Origin: a virus
Taxonomy: Duplodnaviria > Caudoviricetes
Strand: one strand, 5' to 3'
DNA length: 64,000 nucleotides
Virus record (IMG/VR): IMGVR_UViG_3300011335_000487
Location: 1,701 to 65,700 of that record
A model generated the notes under the pieces. It saw only the letters and a program-made list of their open reading frames with translations. It made no database searches and had not been told where the DNA came from. The stretch's first letter is position 1. Each line of letters begins with the position of its first letter. Positions 36,001 to 45,894 of this stretch are shown here, piece after piece. A program made the translations under genes and the position numbers.

Positions 36001-39000
36001 TAAAAATACGCATGAAGCTCTTGAGGGGTTAAAGAAAGATATTGTTGCTACGCAAGAAGCCGCAGATAAACTTAAAACGTATATTGAATCTTCAGTACCC
36101 GATAAATCTATTTGGCCTATTGAATCAGCGCTACAGCACGAAGTTGCAATAGACCCCGCCAAAAAACAACACAAAAAATTACTTGAGTCTGTTGCTGAAA
36201 AAACAAAAGCCCTTGAGTCTTTCCGAAAAGAATATGCTGAACACCTAGATTCTAGCGTAGCTTTTGAACGCGCTATGCTTAAAGACTTCCAAAAAAAGTT
36301 TGAAAAAATGGAAGCGGGCACGCCAGAACAACGTAGGTTAAAACAAGAAGCCGATGCTTCGCGCGCGCGTGCTGTTGTTGTAGAGCGCGAAGCAAAAGAA
36401 AATGCTGAAGCTGCTGCAATTGAAAAACAAAAAGCTGAACAAGCCAGACTAGAGGCTAGCGCACAAGCTTCTGAAATGTCGGTACGCAACGAAGTTGTTA
36501 CAACAAAGTATAAAGTTACAGACCCAAAACAACTAAAACAGCTAAAACAATACAAAGCAAAACTTGCTGATGAGCTGGCTAAAAAAGAAGTTGACCCCGC
36601 CGTTGTTGAAGACCTTCAGAAAAAAATATCGCAGATTGCGCCTGATGAACCAGTGTTGCGCACAAAAATTACAAACCCAATACCGTTTAATAAAAGCGAA
36701 ACATTAAAAGACTACGCCTCACCTCGTACTGCAAATGAGACTCGTGCAGAACGCGCCGAGAAAAAACTTGCGCAACAAGCACAAGAGCGTGAAGATGTTA
36801 TTGCGCGCGGTGAAAGCCAACGCCAAGAAAAAGAAAATCGCGTATCTCTTCAAGACGCGCGCAAACGCGAATCTGAGTTAAACACACAGCTAAAAAGTGT
36901 GCAAAAAGAATTAGGGAAAGTCACTAAAGAAAAAGCAAGTTTAGAAAAAGCCATTACAAACGCTAAGACTGAAAAAGGCAAAACGCATTGGCAAACTAAA
37001 TTAGATGCGTTTGTTAAAGAACACAGTATTGAGGATTTGCTTAAACGCGAGCAAGTTCTTAAAAGTGGTCTTGAACAAGTCAAAGATATTGGCGTTAAAG
37101 CTGAACGCGCGTTAGTTGTGCTTGGCAACAAGGCCGGTAGAGAAACTACAACTAAAGTTAAAGGCGTTGAAAAGACTGCTGAAGAAAAAGAACTGGCAAG
37201 AATAAGGGCAGCGCACGAAAGAGCTATAGCAAAAAGTTTTGAAGCATATTTAGAAGCTGAAGCACCTTCTAGGCGTGGAAACATAACGCAAGCAGAGTAC
37301 AGAGGACCTAGTGGCACTGACTTCCGTATTGTTAAACCTACAGAGCAACGCCTTGATTCTGACCAGAGCAAGCGTGTAACTGACGCTATCGAAAAGAACT
37401 TGCCTAAAGATATCAAGGTCAAGTCTGTTGATTCGTTTGCTGAGTTACCTAAAGACGTTAAAGACATAATTGCGCGCGATGGCATTGTTGAAGGGTCTGT
37501 ACACGCCGATACAGTTCGTGGTTTTGTTACGCCAAATGGTGACGTGTATGTTGTTCGGAACAACCATGCCACCGTTAAAGACCTTGAAGCTACGTACGTC
37601 CACGAGATTATTGGTCACGCCGGTGTTGATCGTATCCTTGGCAGAGAGGGCATGGAGAAGTTGGCTGATCGCATTCGCACGCAAGACGGTGGTGCGCAAG
37701 AACTTGCTTCTAAACTAGGCGCGGACGTACGTAAAAACTTTGATGGTTCGATGGCTGACTATGCGTTAAGCATTGAGGCTATGCGGCGTCGTGGCGAACC
37801 ACAGGCTAAGATTGATGCGGCTATTAAAGAGATGGACATCAAAGCTACGCAAGAACTTATTGCGTACACGGCAGAGCTGCGCGTAGATGAAAACTTGCGT
37901 ACTAAAGCTGGCCGGTGGATGAAAGAGATTGTGGGCATGGTTCGCCAATGGTTGCGTGACCACGGGTTTGCTGAGCTTTCAAAAGTATCAACCAGTGATA
38001 TCTACAACATACTTCGTCAGTCGCAACGCAACTTTAATCGCGGCGAGCTAGGCGCGTTCCGTGAGGTTAGTGGGCAAGTATCTTTTCGCACGCAAAAAGC
38101 CAAGTTTAACGACTCGTTTGACTCCGAATTAAGCAAATCTATTCAACAGACTGTGCCATCACAGAAGCCTTGGTTAGACCGCATTTTTGGTAACGCGATG
38201 GGCATGACCATGATGCACCGGTTTGAGGATAACTTTGCCGGTCTTGCGCATATGGCAACGGTAAACAAACGCTTGACTGGCAGCATTGAAGGTACGCAGA
38301 TGATGTACTTTAACCGCCTGTCGCATAATATTAGCAACATGGTAGGCGAGTGGATGACTCACGGACCGGTTGGGATTGCAATGACTCGCGGTAAAAAAGG
38401 TGAACCTACTGCTGAGTATCAGTACGTTAACAAAACAAAAAAGTACAAGCTAGAACTTGCCGAAGAACGCGCAAACAAAACTCCTGATCAAGCTAAAATT
38501 GTTGACCTTGAACAGAAAATTAAAACTGGTGTTAACGGGTTAGCCCCTGCATATGAAGCTATTGGTAAAGCTGCGCCTGAGATCGGCAACACCGAGGCAG
38601 CGTTTCAAGCGTTTACTTATTACATGGCGGGGGAGCGCGTTACCGGTTTAGCGCAACGCGAAGGTATAAGTTTTAAAGAAGCGCTTAAAAAACTTGACCT
38701 TGGTGAAAAACTTAGCGAGGCTGACGTACAACGTGGGTTGCAGTTTGGGCGTAACAACAAACACTTTCAAGAAGCGCGCAAGTTTAACAAAATCTATAAC
38801 GATGCGCAGATAGACTTTCTTGTTGAAACTGGGTACCTTACACCGGCAAAAGCGGCTGAGCTTAAAAAGGGCGATTTTGTGCCGTTCTATCGCGAACGCA
38901 ATGGTGAGATAGTAGACAACGAATACAACATTCGTGTGGGCGACTTAACTACGCAGAAACATCTTAAAGAATTAATAGGCGGCGATCAACCTATTCTGCC

Positions 39001-40891
39001 ATTTCATATCAGCTCGCTGCAAAATACCCGCATGCTTGCTGAAATGGGCATGAAAAACATTGCCACTAAAAACACCGCATACACGCTGAACAACTGGGGT
39101 ATTGCTGAGGTGCGTCCGGGTGATGGCCCTGCTGCAGCTAACGTCATTCGTTTTTACGACAAGGGTGAGAAGAAACATGCCATCTTAAATTTTAAAGATG
39201 CGTACATTGGCATGGAGAAAAAACTTGAAGAAATGAAGAAAGACGGAAAAGCCAACACGCCTGAGTACAAGAAGTTGCGTGAAAAAGCCGAAGCAAGCCG
39301 CGAGAACTCTGAGTTGTTTGGCAACATACCCGCCGAGCTTGTTGTGCGCGGCATGGAAGGCATAGCTCTAACATTACCCGCCGCAGTAAGTTGGCTTCGC
39401 GGTCCTGCAGACTTGTTACGTAAAGGCGTTACGCGCAACCCTCTCTACGCGGTACGCAGCTTGTACAAAGAATCGCTCAGTAGTTGGATTACAACTGGCG
39501 CTGATGTTACGCCTTTGCTTAGCTCGTTAAAAGCAGCTAAACAAGTGTTGGGCAAAGAAACGCCTACTACGCTTAAAGAATTGCGAGCAGCGGGCATAAC
39601 CGGTGGGCATGTGTACTCTGGCACAATGTCTGACCTTAACACTATTGCGCTACAGATTGCCTCTGGTAAATCAGGGTGGGAAAAAACATGGGCAGGGCTA
39701 GATCGTTTAGCAATTAGGGCGGATGAAGCAGGGCGCGTGGCGTTGTACGATGGGTTTGTTAGGAAGGGCATGTCGCAGATGGAGGCGCATCTTGCCACCC
39801 TTGAATCGCAAAACTTTACTAAGCGTGGCTACTCGCCCACTATGAGCATGCTGAGCGTGATGATTCCGTTCTTTAACTCGCAAGTGTCAGGGTTGTCTAC
39901 GTTTGTTCGTAACATGTCGGGCAAATCAATATTTGAAGACAAGTTAAATTTGCAAAGAACTGCGATGATGCGCGGCGCAGTTATGGCGGGTTCAACGCTG
40001 TTGTACACATCGTTGATGCAGAACAACAAAGCGTACAAGAACGCAACTGATGAACAAAAACTTAACAACTGGTTTGTGCCAATTCCATTTTTTGAAGAGC
40101 CTCTTCGCGTAGCAATACCTTTTGAAGCTGGTACGGTGTTCAAAGCTGTGCCTGAAGCCCTATACAACTTAATGGCAACTGATGCCAAAGCTAAGTTTGT
40201 ACTGCCAGCGTTGCGTGATCAAATACTGCAAAGCGTTCCGGGGTATTCATCAAAGTTTGTGCCGCAAGGAGTCAAGCCAATTCTTGAGGCATACACTAAC
40301 AAAGACTTTTTTTCTGGCCAAGATATTGAAAGCAAGCGGCAGCTAGATGAATTGCCCGGTTACAGAGAAAATGCTAACACTACGGAAGCAGCTAAAACGT
40401 TTGGCAAACTAATAGGTATTTCGCCTATTCAACTAGACCATGCGCTTAACTCATACACCGGCGGTGCGGGTATTGCCATTCTGTCAATGCTTAACCCTGT
40501 GCTGCGCTCATCTACGCCGCCTGATCTCAAGCCGAGTCAATACGCGGTTTTTGGTAGTTCGTTTCAGCCTGTAGATGGGGCAGGGATTATTAACAAAGCG
40601 TTTAAAGAAGCCGAAGAAATTGAACAAATTAACAAGACGTACAAAAATTTGGAAGAGAAAAACCCCTCTGAAGCTATTGCATTTGCTAACAAAAATATTC
40701 GCGCAGTTGACTTTGGTTCTGAAGCCGGAAGGTTTAAACGACAGATGGGTGAATACGCCAAAGAAGAACGCGAGATACGTGCGTTGCCTAGAGCAGCTAT
40801 GTCTTCAGCAGAGAAAACAAGGCTGATTGACAAAATCAAACAAGAGAAGATTGATTACGCCAAAGAATTTAGGGCTAGCGTAAACGGGTAA
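33056..40891 (+). CDS. Giant internal virion protein (2611 aa): coiled coils, zincin-like HEIIGH motif, C-terminal LPD38-like domain
   Basis: HEIIGHAG at 37601; NNWFVP...IPFEAG...SPIQLDHALNSYTGG in the C-terminus. Confidence 0.8.
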   Translation: MAYVKLPNGSYLEVPKGMQPIQALQEARSAFPRAFMSEEELSSKQGFVPAAGQAFGEFKTKSLVGLGELTGNATLQKMAQDASEADEKAKKEGKNEYLPTEEEDIELARKKGLLPLAGAYARKYISEPLGGIAGRYGAPMAAGAGAAGLAALAAPASGVTAAGALGAGLLAKGVTSLVDAPAEIGENIQQQIDVDAPINSTKAIAYGLGQAALAGFGIPGMGKLAAPVQKLLGKEAAVLAKEIVARTTTKEQALAQLSGTLKNVITGTGSAAVTGAGLMVGTQAMRRASADQDITSPEALEEYKQNLIGAAELAPLFGVMHGVPKRGKDKKLIDQASQKLEAIKNREKRAREDVEAATLADEQARTQEAAGYNEAVQKTFGPAENVAEGVQGRTADMFGGTYAAPEGALPPQRALGDNLLPRERERAVQEQFVESKSPQEVMSQERNLKQYVTGLRDQVSAAAAKADIKTLGELTPKLKEVEAAYAAAYKEYSALDIPEVKFQQLTEQIARKTKELQKAGDVQGDFAKIEKLTNDIQKLQAELEKVKPPAGPDLFAVEKEVVAKGKAEAAEALAQGQQDFLAQVGKPETRIDARQRQTLERYNDNVRQLDEAYAANADKRIIDKLVDSVQADAAERAAIMAKTSDVVSAEKIAAQQQRVERITRAIAEAEVKGDTASVAGLRNQLAKAIVETARPDAPTKRNRALEDQQAAIEELRSQVEDLKAKRYLGEGARDMTTAASMKAGLERKANETIGRYVEAAIRDVNAVREQNNTKKLTQTEAIRLAMDVRGHLENAVRNLNVTALRMPKESTVSTLEKQLAQIKRKHHKGEYAGPKRAEEFALRPEFDTLRARQEQGKKVEGGTPFETEARKTERLAEEEKERVAKERMAHDVGHVAQNELFKPKELQTVFKEQEPGVAANVRATPENFMRLLRSGTVANLRAKMVALRKPAEAIKVAKNKPFVYDSSLKRVIAQQERFALEVKNTHEALEGLKKDIVATQEAADKLKTYIESSVPDKSIWPIESALQHEVAIDPAKKQHKKLLESVAEKTKALESFRKEYAEHLDSSVAFERAMLKDFQKKFEKMEAGTPEQRRLKQEADASRARAVVVEREAKENAEAAAIEKQKAEQARLEASAQASEMSVRNEVVTTKYKVTDPKQLKQLKQYKAKLADELAKKEVDPAVVEDLQKKISQIAPDEPVLRTKITNPIPFNKSETLKDYASPRTANETRAERAEKKLAQQAQEREDVIARGESQRQEKENRVSLQDARKRESELNTQLKSVQKELGKVTKEKASLEKAITNAKTEKGKTHWQTKLDAFVKEHSIEDLLKREQVLKSGLEQVKDIGVKAERALVVLGNKAGRETTTKVKGVEKTAEEKELARIRAAHERAIAKSFEAYLEAEAPSRRGNITQAEYRGPSGTDFRIVKPTEQRLDSDQSKRVTDAIEKNLPKDIKVKSVDSFAELPKDVKDIIARDGIVEGSVHADTVRGFVTPNGDVYVVRNNHATVKDLEATYVHEIIGHAGVDRILGREGMEKLADRIRTQDGGAQELASKLGADVRKNFDGSMADYALSIEAMRRRGEPQAKIDAAIKEMDIKATQELIAYTAELRVDENLRTKAGRWMKEIVGMVRQWLRDHGFAELSKVSTSDIYNILRQSQRNFNRGELGAFREVSGQVSFRTQKAKFNDSFDSELSKSIQQTVPSQKPWLDRIFGNAMGMTMMHRFEDNFAGLAHMATVNKRLTGSIEGTQMMYFNRLSHNISNMVGEWMTHGPVGIAMTRGKKGEPTAEYQYVNKTKKYKLELAEERANKTPDQAKIVDLEQKIKTGVNGLAPAYEAIGKAAPEIGNTEAAFQAFTYYMAGERVTGLAQREGISFKEALKKLDLGEKLSEADVQRGLQFGRNNKHFQEARKFNKIYNDAQIDFLVETGYLTPAKAAELKKGDFVPFYRERNGEIVDNEYNIRVGDLTTQKHLKELIGGDQPILPFHISSLQNTRMLAEMGMKNIATKNTAYTLNNWGIAEVRPGDGPAAANVIRFYDKGEKKHAILNFKDAYIGMEKKLEEMKKDGKANTPEYKKLREKAEASRENSELFGNIPAELVVRGMEGIALTLPAAVSWLRGPADLLRKGVTRNPLYAVRSLYKESLSSWITTGADVTPLLSSLKAAKQVLGKETPTTLKELRAAGITGGHVYSGTMSDLNTIALQIASGKSGWEKTWAGLDRLAIRADEAGRVALYDGFVRKGMSQMEAHLATLESQNFTKRGYSPTMSMLSVMIPFFNSQVSGLSTFVRNMSGKSIFEDKLNLQRTAMMRGAVMAGSTLLYTSLMQNNKAYKNATDEQKLNNWFVPIPFFEEPLRVAIPFEAGTVFKAVPEALYNLMATDAKAKFVLPALRDQILQSVPGYSSKFVPQGVKPILEAYTNKDFFSGQDIESKRQLDELPGYRENANTTEAAKTFGKLIGISPIQLDHALNSYTGGAGIAILSMLNPVLRSSTPPDLKPSQYAVFGSSFQPVDGAGIINKAFKEAEEIEQINKTYKNLEEKNPSEAIAFANKNIRAVDFGSEAGRFKRQMGEYAKEEREIRALPRAAMSSAEKTRLIDKIKQEKIDYAKEFRASVNG

Positions 40892-41072
40892 ACCACACGC
40901 CAAGTCTGCCGTCTTTCTCAACGAACTCAGCCTTACCGCGAAGTTTGAGAAAGACGGCAGCACGAAGCCCATCTTCTTTAATCTCATCGAGCTTGAGCGT
41001 TGGAACAAAAAAACCCCCACGTATGGGGGTCTTCTGCCAAGGGTAGTGAATCCTAATCTTGCGAGCGTTCAT
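40875..41072 (-). CDS. Small conserved phage protein
   Basis: HYPW...GGFFVPTL...GVWFTR; start moved to MNARK. Confidence 0.65.
   Translation of the reverse strand: MNARKIRIHYPWQKTPIRGGFFVPTLKLDEIKEDGLRAAVFLKLRGKAEFVEKDGRLGVWFTRLR
41007..41030 (-). terminator. Possible intrinsic terminator (inside gene 40875-41072)
   Basis: CCCCC-atacgt-GGGGG then U7 on - strand. Confidence 0.45.
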
Positions 41073-43947
41073 CGTCAACAACAGGCGTTGATATACAGAT
41101 CGAGTACATGCGGGTCTCAGGTCCACGGGTACGCGCTAGCATGTTCTTGCGCTCAAACCAAACCTTGAAATGAGAGTTGGCTGAAAGCTCTTTGACCATG
41201 TCGGCGTAACCATGACTCATCGCCGCGCAGTGCGCTTTAAGTTGTGATATCTCGATGTAGTAGTCGATGCGGTTAGGCGATATATCGTGCTCAACGCGCC
41301 CTGCAATCTGCGAACGAGAGATAGACTGGTCAATGAGCCCCTGACCCCCAAGGTTCGCGCTAAGCTTACCCTCTACGTTTTTGACCACAATGAACTTGCC
41401 GTAGTTCTCGCGCGTGTAGGCGTTCAGGATATCCTCGGCGCTGCGCTTACTACCGCGCAATGCCTCACGCCCGTTGTCTACCATCGAGCGCAGCACGTCC
41501 ATAATAGGCTGCATGGGTATATCAATAACGTCTGCGTACTTCTTGCCCAACAAGATGATGGCAGCGATGATACAGCTATTGCCACCGAACCAGTACCGCT
41601 CGTCACCAGAGTACCCAAACTGTTCCTTGAGCATGGTCTCGGCGTTCTTGCGTATGTCTGACGCTGTTTGACGGTTTGTTACCAACCACTTAATGTACTT
41701 CTCGCCACTCACACCGTAATTTTCTTTGAGGTTAATAATGTGCTGAGACTCTTGTGCATCGAACTCTAGTATCTCGGTGAGCTTTAACTCTAGGAGTCGC
41801 ATGATCTCAGCGTGCGATGAGTGGCTACGCGCGCCGCCGAAGTAGTCTAGGACGTGAGTGTTAGACGACAGCAAGTCCATGTTCTTCCACTCAGTCGTGT
41901 TCACGCGCTCTTTGTTCGCGCCCGACTCTGACCTGTCCTTGCCCTTACCCTGCGTCTTGTCTAACAGGTGGGCGCTCATCCACTCGAAGTCGTTACGGTT
42001 CTTGGCGGTGATCTCGTCCATAATGAGTGGCAAGTTTTTTAAGAACCCCGCGCGTTGCTGCGCTGCAATAGATGAGGTGCTGTGTGCCACCTTGTACTTC
42101 TCGGGGTGACCATAAAAACTAGCCGCTAGCATCTGTGCCAAGCTCTTGCCGGTGCCTGACTCGGACGACCCCATGTGATAGACGATGCCTGAGTGATTAG
42201 ACAGCCCCATGAGCAGCGATGCCGGTCCGACTAACCCCATCGCAAGGACGTTCCACAGCTCGCGCGCTATGAGCATATTCACCGAATCACGCCACGTATC
42301 AAGGTCGCCTGTCGGTACACAGAACGAGTTGATGTTGGTCAGGTTGGGCATGGGCACAAATATCTTTGAGCCATCGGGGGAGTAGATGCTGCTGCTGTAT
42401 ACAAACGTGTTGTCAGACTGCCAACCGTAGCTGTTGGGCACCTTGATCGGGCTCTTGTTGGCGCTAGCATGCTCAACACACGAGCGCACGTACTCAAACA
42501 AGTTCTTGTCATTACCCGCCCCGAACGCTGCCACGATGTTCTGTGATGCTAACGCCTTGAGTGTCTCGTCCTTACTGATAATCGCCTTCTGTGGGAACGT
42601 GAGCTCGACCATACCGATCTTGCGCATGGCAGTCATGTGAACCAAGTGCTCGCCCTCGACATGCAGAATATCTGTCACAAACAAGTCGTAGCCAAGCACC
42701 ATGATCTGCTTAGACATCTTCGTGCCATCGGCGTCTTCGATAACTTTGTCGATGTAGATGCCGCCATAATCGCCGTAGCTAAAGCCCTTGGGCGGTGCGG
42801 GTTTGTTCAGCACAATAGGCTGAAACACGTTCTGAGAAATCTCTCTGCTTACGATGATCTCAGCAGCTTCGGTGTTGGTCTTGTACTCGCGGCTAAAGAT
42901 GAGTGGGTTAGTGATCTTGCCGAAGTGTGGGCACTTGTCGCAAACTCCGGGGTTTAGCGTATCAAATTTGATACAGGGTGTCGGACCTTTTGTGTGGTTC
43001 CACTTCTCAACAAGCCTATCGTAATCATAGGGGTGCATGTCAGCCAGAACTTTAGCGCGGTCAAACCCGTCTTCACACCGTCTTGCTAAAGATATCAGGG
43101 CAAACCACAACGGCTCCATGCCATCTTCTGCTGCGTGCTCTTGGTAGTATGCGAGCTGCTCACACCCCGTACCCTCAGCGGTGGCTTGCTCAATGTTGCG
43201 AAAGAAACTCACGGTGTTCTCGACCATCACCACCTTGTTGGCATCAGGTACGGTGTTAGGTCTAGTCCCCGGCAAGTCTAGCTTAGGCTTGGGCATTTGA
43301 ATCTCGTACGCTTGCCCGTTCATCTGGGCGCGCAGCGCATCGGCAACGGTCTGGAAATCAAACGTCTGTGGGCTCGCCTCCACCATGATCTTCACACGGC
43401 GGGGCTTGTCTTTCTTGTAGTTAAACGTGTCCGGCACGCGCAAGATACGCGAGGCATCGCCCGTCACGCTGAAGTCGATCTTGAACCCCTGCTTCTTGCA
43501 CAGACGCTTTAAGTTCTCAGCAACAGGTTTCCACTCGGCGATATCGACCTCTTCGGTGAAAGGCCAATACACATGCAAACCACCACCGCTGGAGACGATC
43601 CACGGTGTGCCAAGTTCTGCTAAAGCTGTTTCAGAGAGAAAGGCATCTAGCGCCTCGGCAGCTTCGCCTTTGCTAGCGTACTCCCTGATACCTTTGCCGT
43701 TGCAGTCTATGTCGAGAAAAAGCGATTTAATCTTGACCGCGTTCTTAGCCACGCGCTCTTTAGCCTCACCGAACGTAGCCAACGCATAATACGCATCTAA
43801 CCCCCTTTTATCGAACGCCACAGCGGCGTCGTGCATTTCTTGTATCGTCTTAACGTAGACGTGCTCTTTTTTTACTGTGTTGAGTTCGACGGCGCAATAA
43901 TTACCGGAAGTCGGCAACACAGTCGCTAGGAAATCCTGCGACCTCAT
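41053..43947 (-). CDS. Primase-helicase (AEP/RepB-like N-terminus, DUF927-like, SF3-type P-loop)
   Basis: FLDIDC, SSGGGLHVYW, RILRVPDTFN; SESGTGKS Walker A; LIMDEI Walker B. Confidence 0.85.
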   Translation of the reverse strand: MRSQDFLATVLPTSGNYCAVELNTVKKEHVYVKTIQEMHDAAVAFDKRGLDAYYALATFGEAKERVAKNAVKIKSLFLDIDCNGKGIREYASKGEAAEALDAFLSETALAELGTPWIVSSGGGLHVYWPFTEEVDIAEWKPVAENLKRLCKKQGFKIDFSVTGDASRILRVPDTFNYKKDKPRRVKIMVEASPQTFDFQTVADALRAQMNGQAYEIQMPKPKLDLPGTRPNTVPDANKVVMVENTVSFFRNIEQATAEGTGCEQLAYYQEHAAEDGMEPLWFALISLARRCEDGFDRAKVLADMHPYDYDRLVEKWNHTKGPTPCIKFDTLNPGVCDKCPHFGKITNPLIFSREYKTNTEAAEIIVSREISQNVFQPIVLNKPAPPKGFSYGDYGGIYIDKVIEDADGTKMSKQIMVLGYDLFVTDILHVEGEHLVHMTAMRKIGMVELTFPQKAIISKDETLKALASQNIVAAFGAGNDKNLFEYVRSCVEHASANKSPIKVPNSYGWQSDNTFVYSSSIYSPDGSKIFVPMPNLTNINSFCVPTGDLDTWRDSVNMLIARELWNVLAMGLVGPASLLMGLSNHSGIVYHMGSSESGTGKSLAQMLAASFYGHPEKYKVAHSTSSIAAQQRAGFLKNLPLIMDEITAKNRNDFEWMSAHLLDKTQGKGKDRSESGANKERVNTTEWKNMDLLSSNTHVLDYFGGARSHSSHAEIMRLLELKLTEILEFDAQESQHIINLKENYGVSGEKYIKWLVTNRQTASDIRKNAETMLKEQFGYSGDERYWFGGNSCIIAAIILLGKKYADVIDIPMQPIMDVLRSMVDNGREALRGSKRSAEDILNAYTRENYGKFIVVKNVEGKLSANLGGQGLIDQSISRSQIAGRVEHDISPNRIDYYIEISQLKAHCAAMSHGYADMVKELSANSHFKVWFERKNMLARTRGPETRMYSICISTPVVDDERSQD

Positions 43948-43963
43948 ATACTTCTCCCAATCA

Positions 43964-44128
43964 TTACAGCGTGCGTTCGGCTAGGCGGTTCAGTATTTCT
44001 TTCTGCCACTCGATAGGCAAACCATCGGGGTAGATGTAGTGGTCAGCTAGGCGCACTAGCTCTTTGTCGGTCAGGACTCGGGGATTGATTGATATGTTGT
44101 TTTCAAGCGTAGCGGTTTCGGGTTGCAT
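43964..44128 (-). CDS. Small hypothetical protein (54 aa)
   Basis: Manual translation MQPETATLENNISINPRVLTDKELVRLADHYIYPDGLPIEWQKEILNRLAERTL. Confidence 0.6.
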   Translation of the reverse strand: MQPETATLENNISINPRVLTDKELVRLADHYIYPDGLPIEWQKEILNRLAERTL

Positions 44129-44376
44129 TTTCTTAGTGCCTCTTCGACTGTGCTGCTGTTTTGTAAGATGTTTAGCAGTGATTGCACGCGGTCTCTATAA
44201 GACTTGGTGACTTCTGTCCCGCTAAACCAGTTGTATACCGTTTGCCGCGTTGCGCCAGTAAAGTTTGAGATTTGGATGACTGGGAAATCCAAGTGTATCG
44301 CCCACCGCCCTAACTGGTTGCCTAGCGACTTCGGCGCAGCCAAGGTAGTGGTACGTATTTCATTTGAGTAGGGCAT
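44071..44376 (-). CDS. HTH DNA-binding regulator
   Basis: PVIQISNFTGATRQTVYNWFSG helix-turn-helix. Confidence 0.8.
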   Translation of the reverse strand: MPYSNEIRTTTLAAPKSLGNQLGRWAIHLDFPVIQISNFTGATRQTVYNWFSGTEVTKSYRDRVQSLLNILQNSSTVEEALRKCNPKPLRLKTTYQSIPES

Positions 44377-44430
44377 TGTGTTTCCGTGTTGGGTGGGGGT
44401 ACTCGCAGTTTCTACTTTCCCCCCAAGACT

Positions 44431-45393
44431 TTACTCGTCGTCAGCATCCCAGTTATCAACTACCGCAGCAAGCCCAGTAGCTTTCTTGGGCACAGCAGTT
44501 GGTTTGGCAGCAGACTTACGCTTCTCAGGTTCAGCAACCGGTTCAGCTTCTGGCAATTCTTCAGGCTCTTGCGCGTCAGGCGGTTCTACTGGCTGAACAT
44601 ACGGTTTAGGCTTAGCAGCAGTAGGGCGTTTGCCTTCGATAGCCAACGGCGCAGGGGTCTTGACGTTATCGGCTTGCGACACCGTCATGGTGATAGCGCG
44701 TGTAGCGTCCTCAGACTGACCCTTCTCAAGCGCAACGGCGTACTCATCATCCGCGAGCCAACGTGCGGGTTTAAAGAACAGCTTGGGCACAGCAGCCTTG
44801 GTATCGAACTTGAGCTGTGTCACCACCATCTCAGGGCTGATGTTCTGCGCGGCTAGGTAGCGTGCGTAGGCTTGGAGTGGTCGGCGATCATCGCCTTCTT
44901 CCTTGCCGAAGATAGACGTAGCAGAGAGCGTTAACTGCATCACGTCACCGCCCTGCACATCGTTTGCCAACACTACAGCAAGACGTTGTGAGAAACGACA
45001 TGCGCGGCTGTCGCCTTGACCTGAGCCCTTGATGTTCATTGGGCAGGTCGCGCAAGATGGTGCCTGTGGTTCTTTAATGCTTGCATCAGGCAGGTTGCCA
45101 TCAGCAGACCAACAGTCGGGAGCCTTGGCTTCACCCTCAACATACTGCCCCTCGTAGTACGTACGGCTCACCTTGGGCGCAGCGTTAACAATCACCACAT
45201 CAAGATGGCGATCTTCGATGGCTGCAACTTCTTTGCCACCGGCGATCAGACGGAACACACCGCCCTTGACTGAGATACGTTTGACGCTGATACCACTACC
45301 ACCACCGGTTAAAGCCTTGGCGGTTGAAGAGAGTTCACCTGAACGAGCGAATGAGGGAGTTTGCGTAGGATTGAAATTAGTAATATTAGACAT
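44431..45393 (-). CDS. Single-stranded DNA-binding protein (putative)
   Basis: RISVKGGVFR, CWSADG, CATCP, CRFSQRLAV, acidic tail NWDADDE. Confidence 0.8.
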   Translation of the reverse strand: MSNITNFNPTQTPSFARSGELSSTAKALTGGGSGISVKRISVKGGVFRLIAGGKEVAAIEDRHLDVVIVNAAPKVSRTYYEGQYVEGEAKAPDCWSADGNLPDASIKEPQAPSCATCPMNIKGSGQGDSRACRFSQRLAVVLANDVQGGDVMQLTLSATSIFGKEEGDDRRPLQAYARYLAAQNISPEMVVTQLKFDTKAAVPKLFFKPARWLADDEYAVALEKGQSEDATRAITMTVSQADNVKTPAPLAIEGKRPTAAKPKPYVQPVEPPDAQEPEELPEAEPVAEPEKRKSAAKPTAVPKKATGLAAVVDNWDADDE

Positions 45394-45417
45394 TTAGGTT
45401 TCCTTGAGATTTGCGTA

Positions 45418-45822
45418 TTACTTCGTTGGTTTGCGAACGGATACATCGTATTCCGTCATACTGTTAAGCCCCGCCGGTACAACGCCGGGGTTCTCTTCTA
45501 GAAACGTAACCATATTGGTCTGGTGGATGCGTTTCTCAAACAGGTCAAGGGCTTCGTGCTCAACGACAAACGTCTTGAACGAGTCCCAATCATCTGTGTA
45601 ATAGCGCACCTTCTGAGCCAATATAATCGTGCCTTCAGAAGTCCTGATGGACGAACTACCAAGCGCAAGCATTTGGTCTTTCATCGCAATCTTAATCTCA
45701 TTTTGCTGAGCCTTGAGCTCTTCAACTTGAGAATCAAATTCTTTAGTTAGTAACTGCACGCGGTCACGTATCTTACGGTAGACTCGCGCGAGGGTGTCGA
45801 GGGGGATTGCTTCTTCAGTCAT
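45418..45822 (-). CDS. Conserved replication-module protein
   Basis: DWDSFKTFV...DLFEKRIHQ...VPAGL; adjacent to SSB. Confidence 0.75.
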   Translation of the reverse strand: MTEEAIPLDTLARVYRKIRDRVQLLTKEFDSQVEELKAQQNEIKIAMKDQMLALGSSSIRTSEGTIILAQKVRYYTDDWDSFKTFVVEHEALDLFEKRIHQTNMVTFLEENPGVVPAGLNSMTEYDVSVRKPTK

Positions 45823-45846
45823 TTTTAAATCTCCTTGGTGTCAAAT

Positions 45847-45875
45847 ACTTTACATCATTAAAGGTGGGAGTGCAA
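45847..45875 (-). promoter_or_regulatory. Sigma70-like promoter for the SSB/HTH/primase operon
   Basis: TTGCAC-17 nt-TAAAGT. Confidence 0.6.
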
Positions 45876-45894
45876 CCCCAATTAGGGTTTGCGA

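Noticed and set aside
33056-40891. N4-like virion RNA polymerase with hairpin promoters
   Set aside because: No recognisable RNAP catalytic motifs, and the repeated palindromes have 5-nt spacers rather than N4-type 3-nt loops.
45839-45846. TGTCAAA near the replication-operon promoter as an operator shared with 1831/1882
   Set aside because: A 7-mer is expected several times by chance in 64 kb and other copies lie inside genes.
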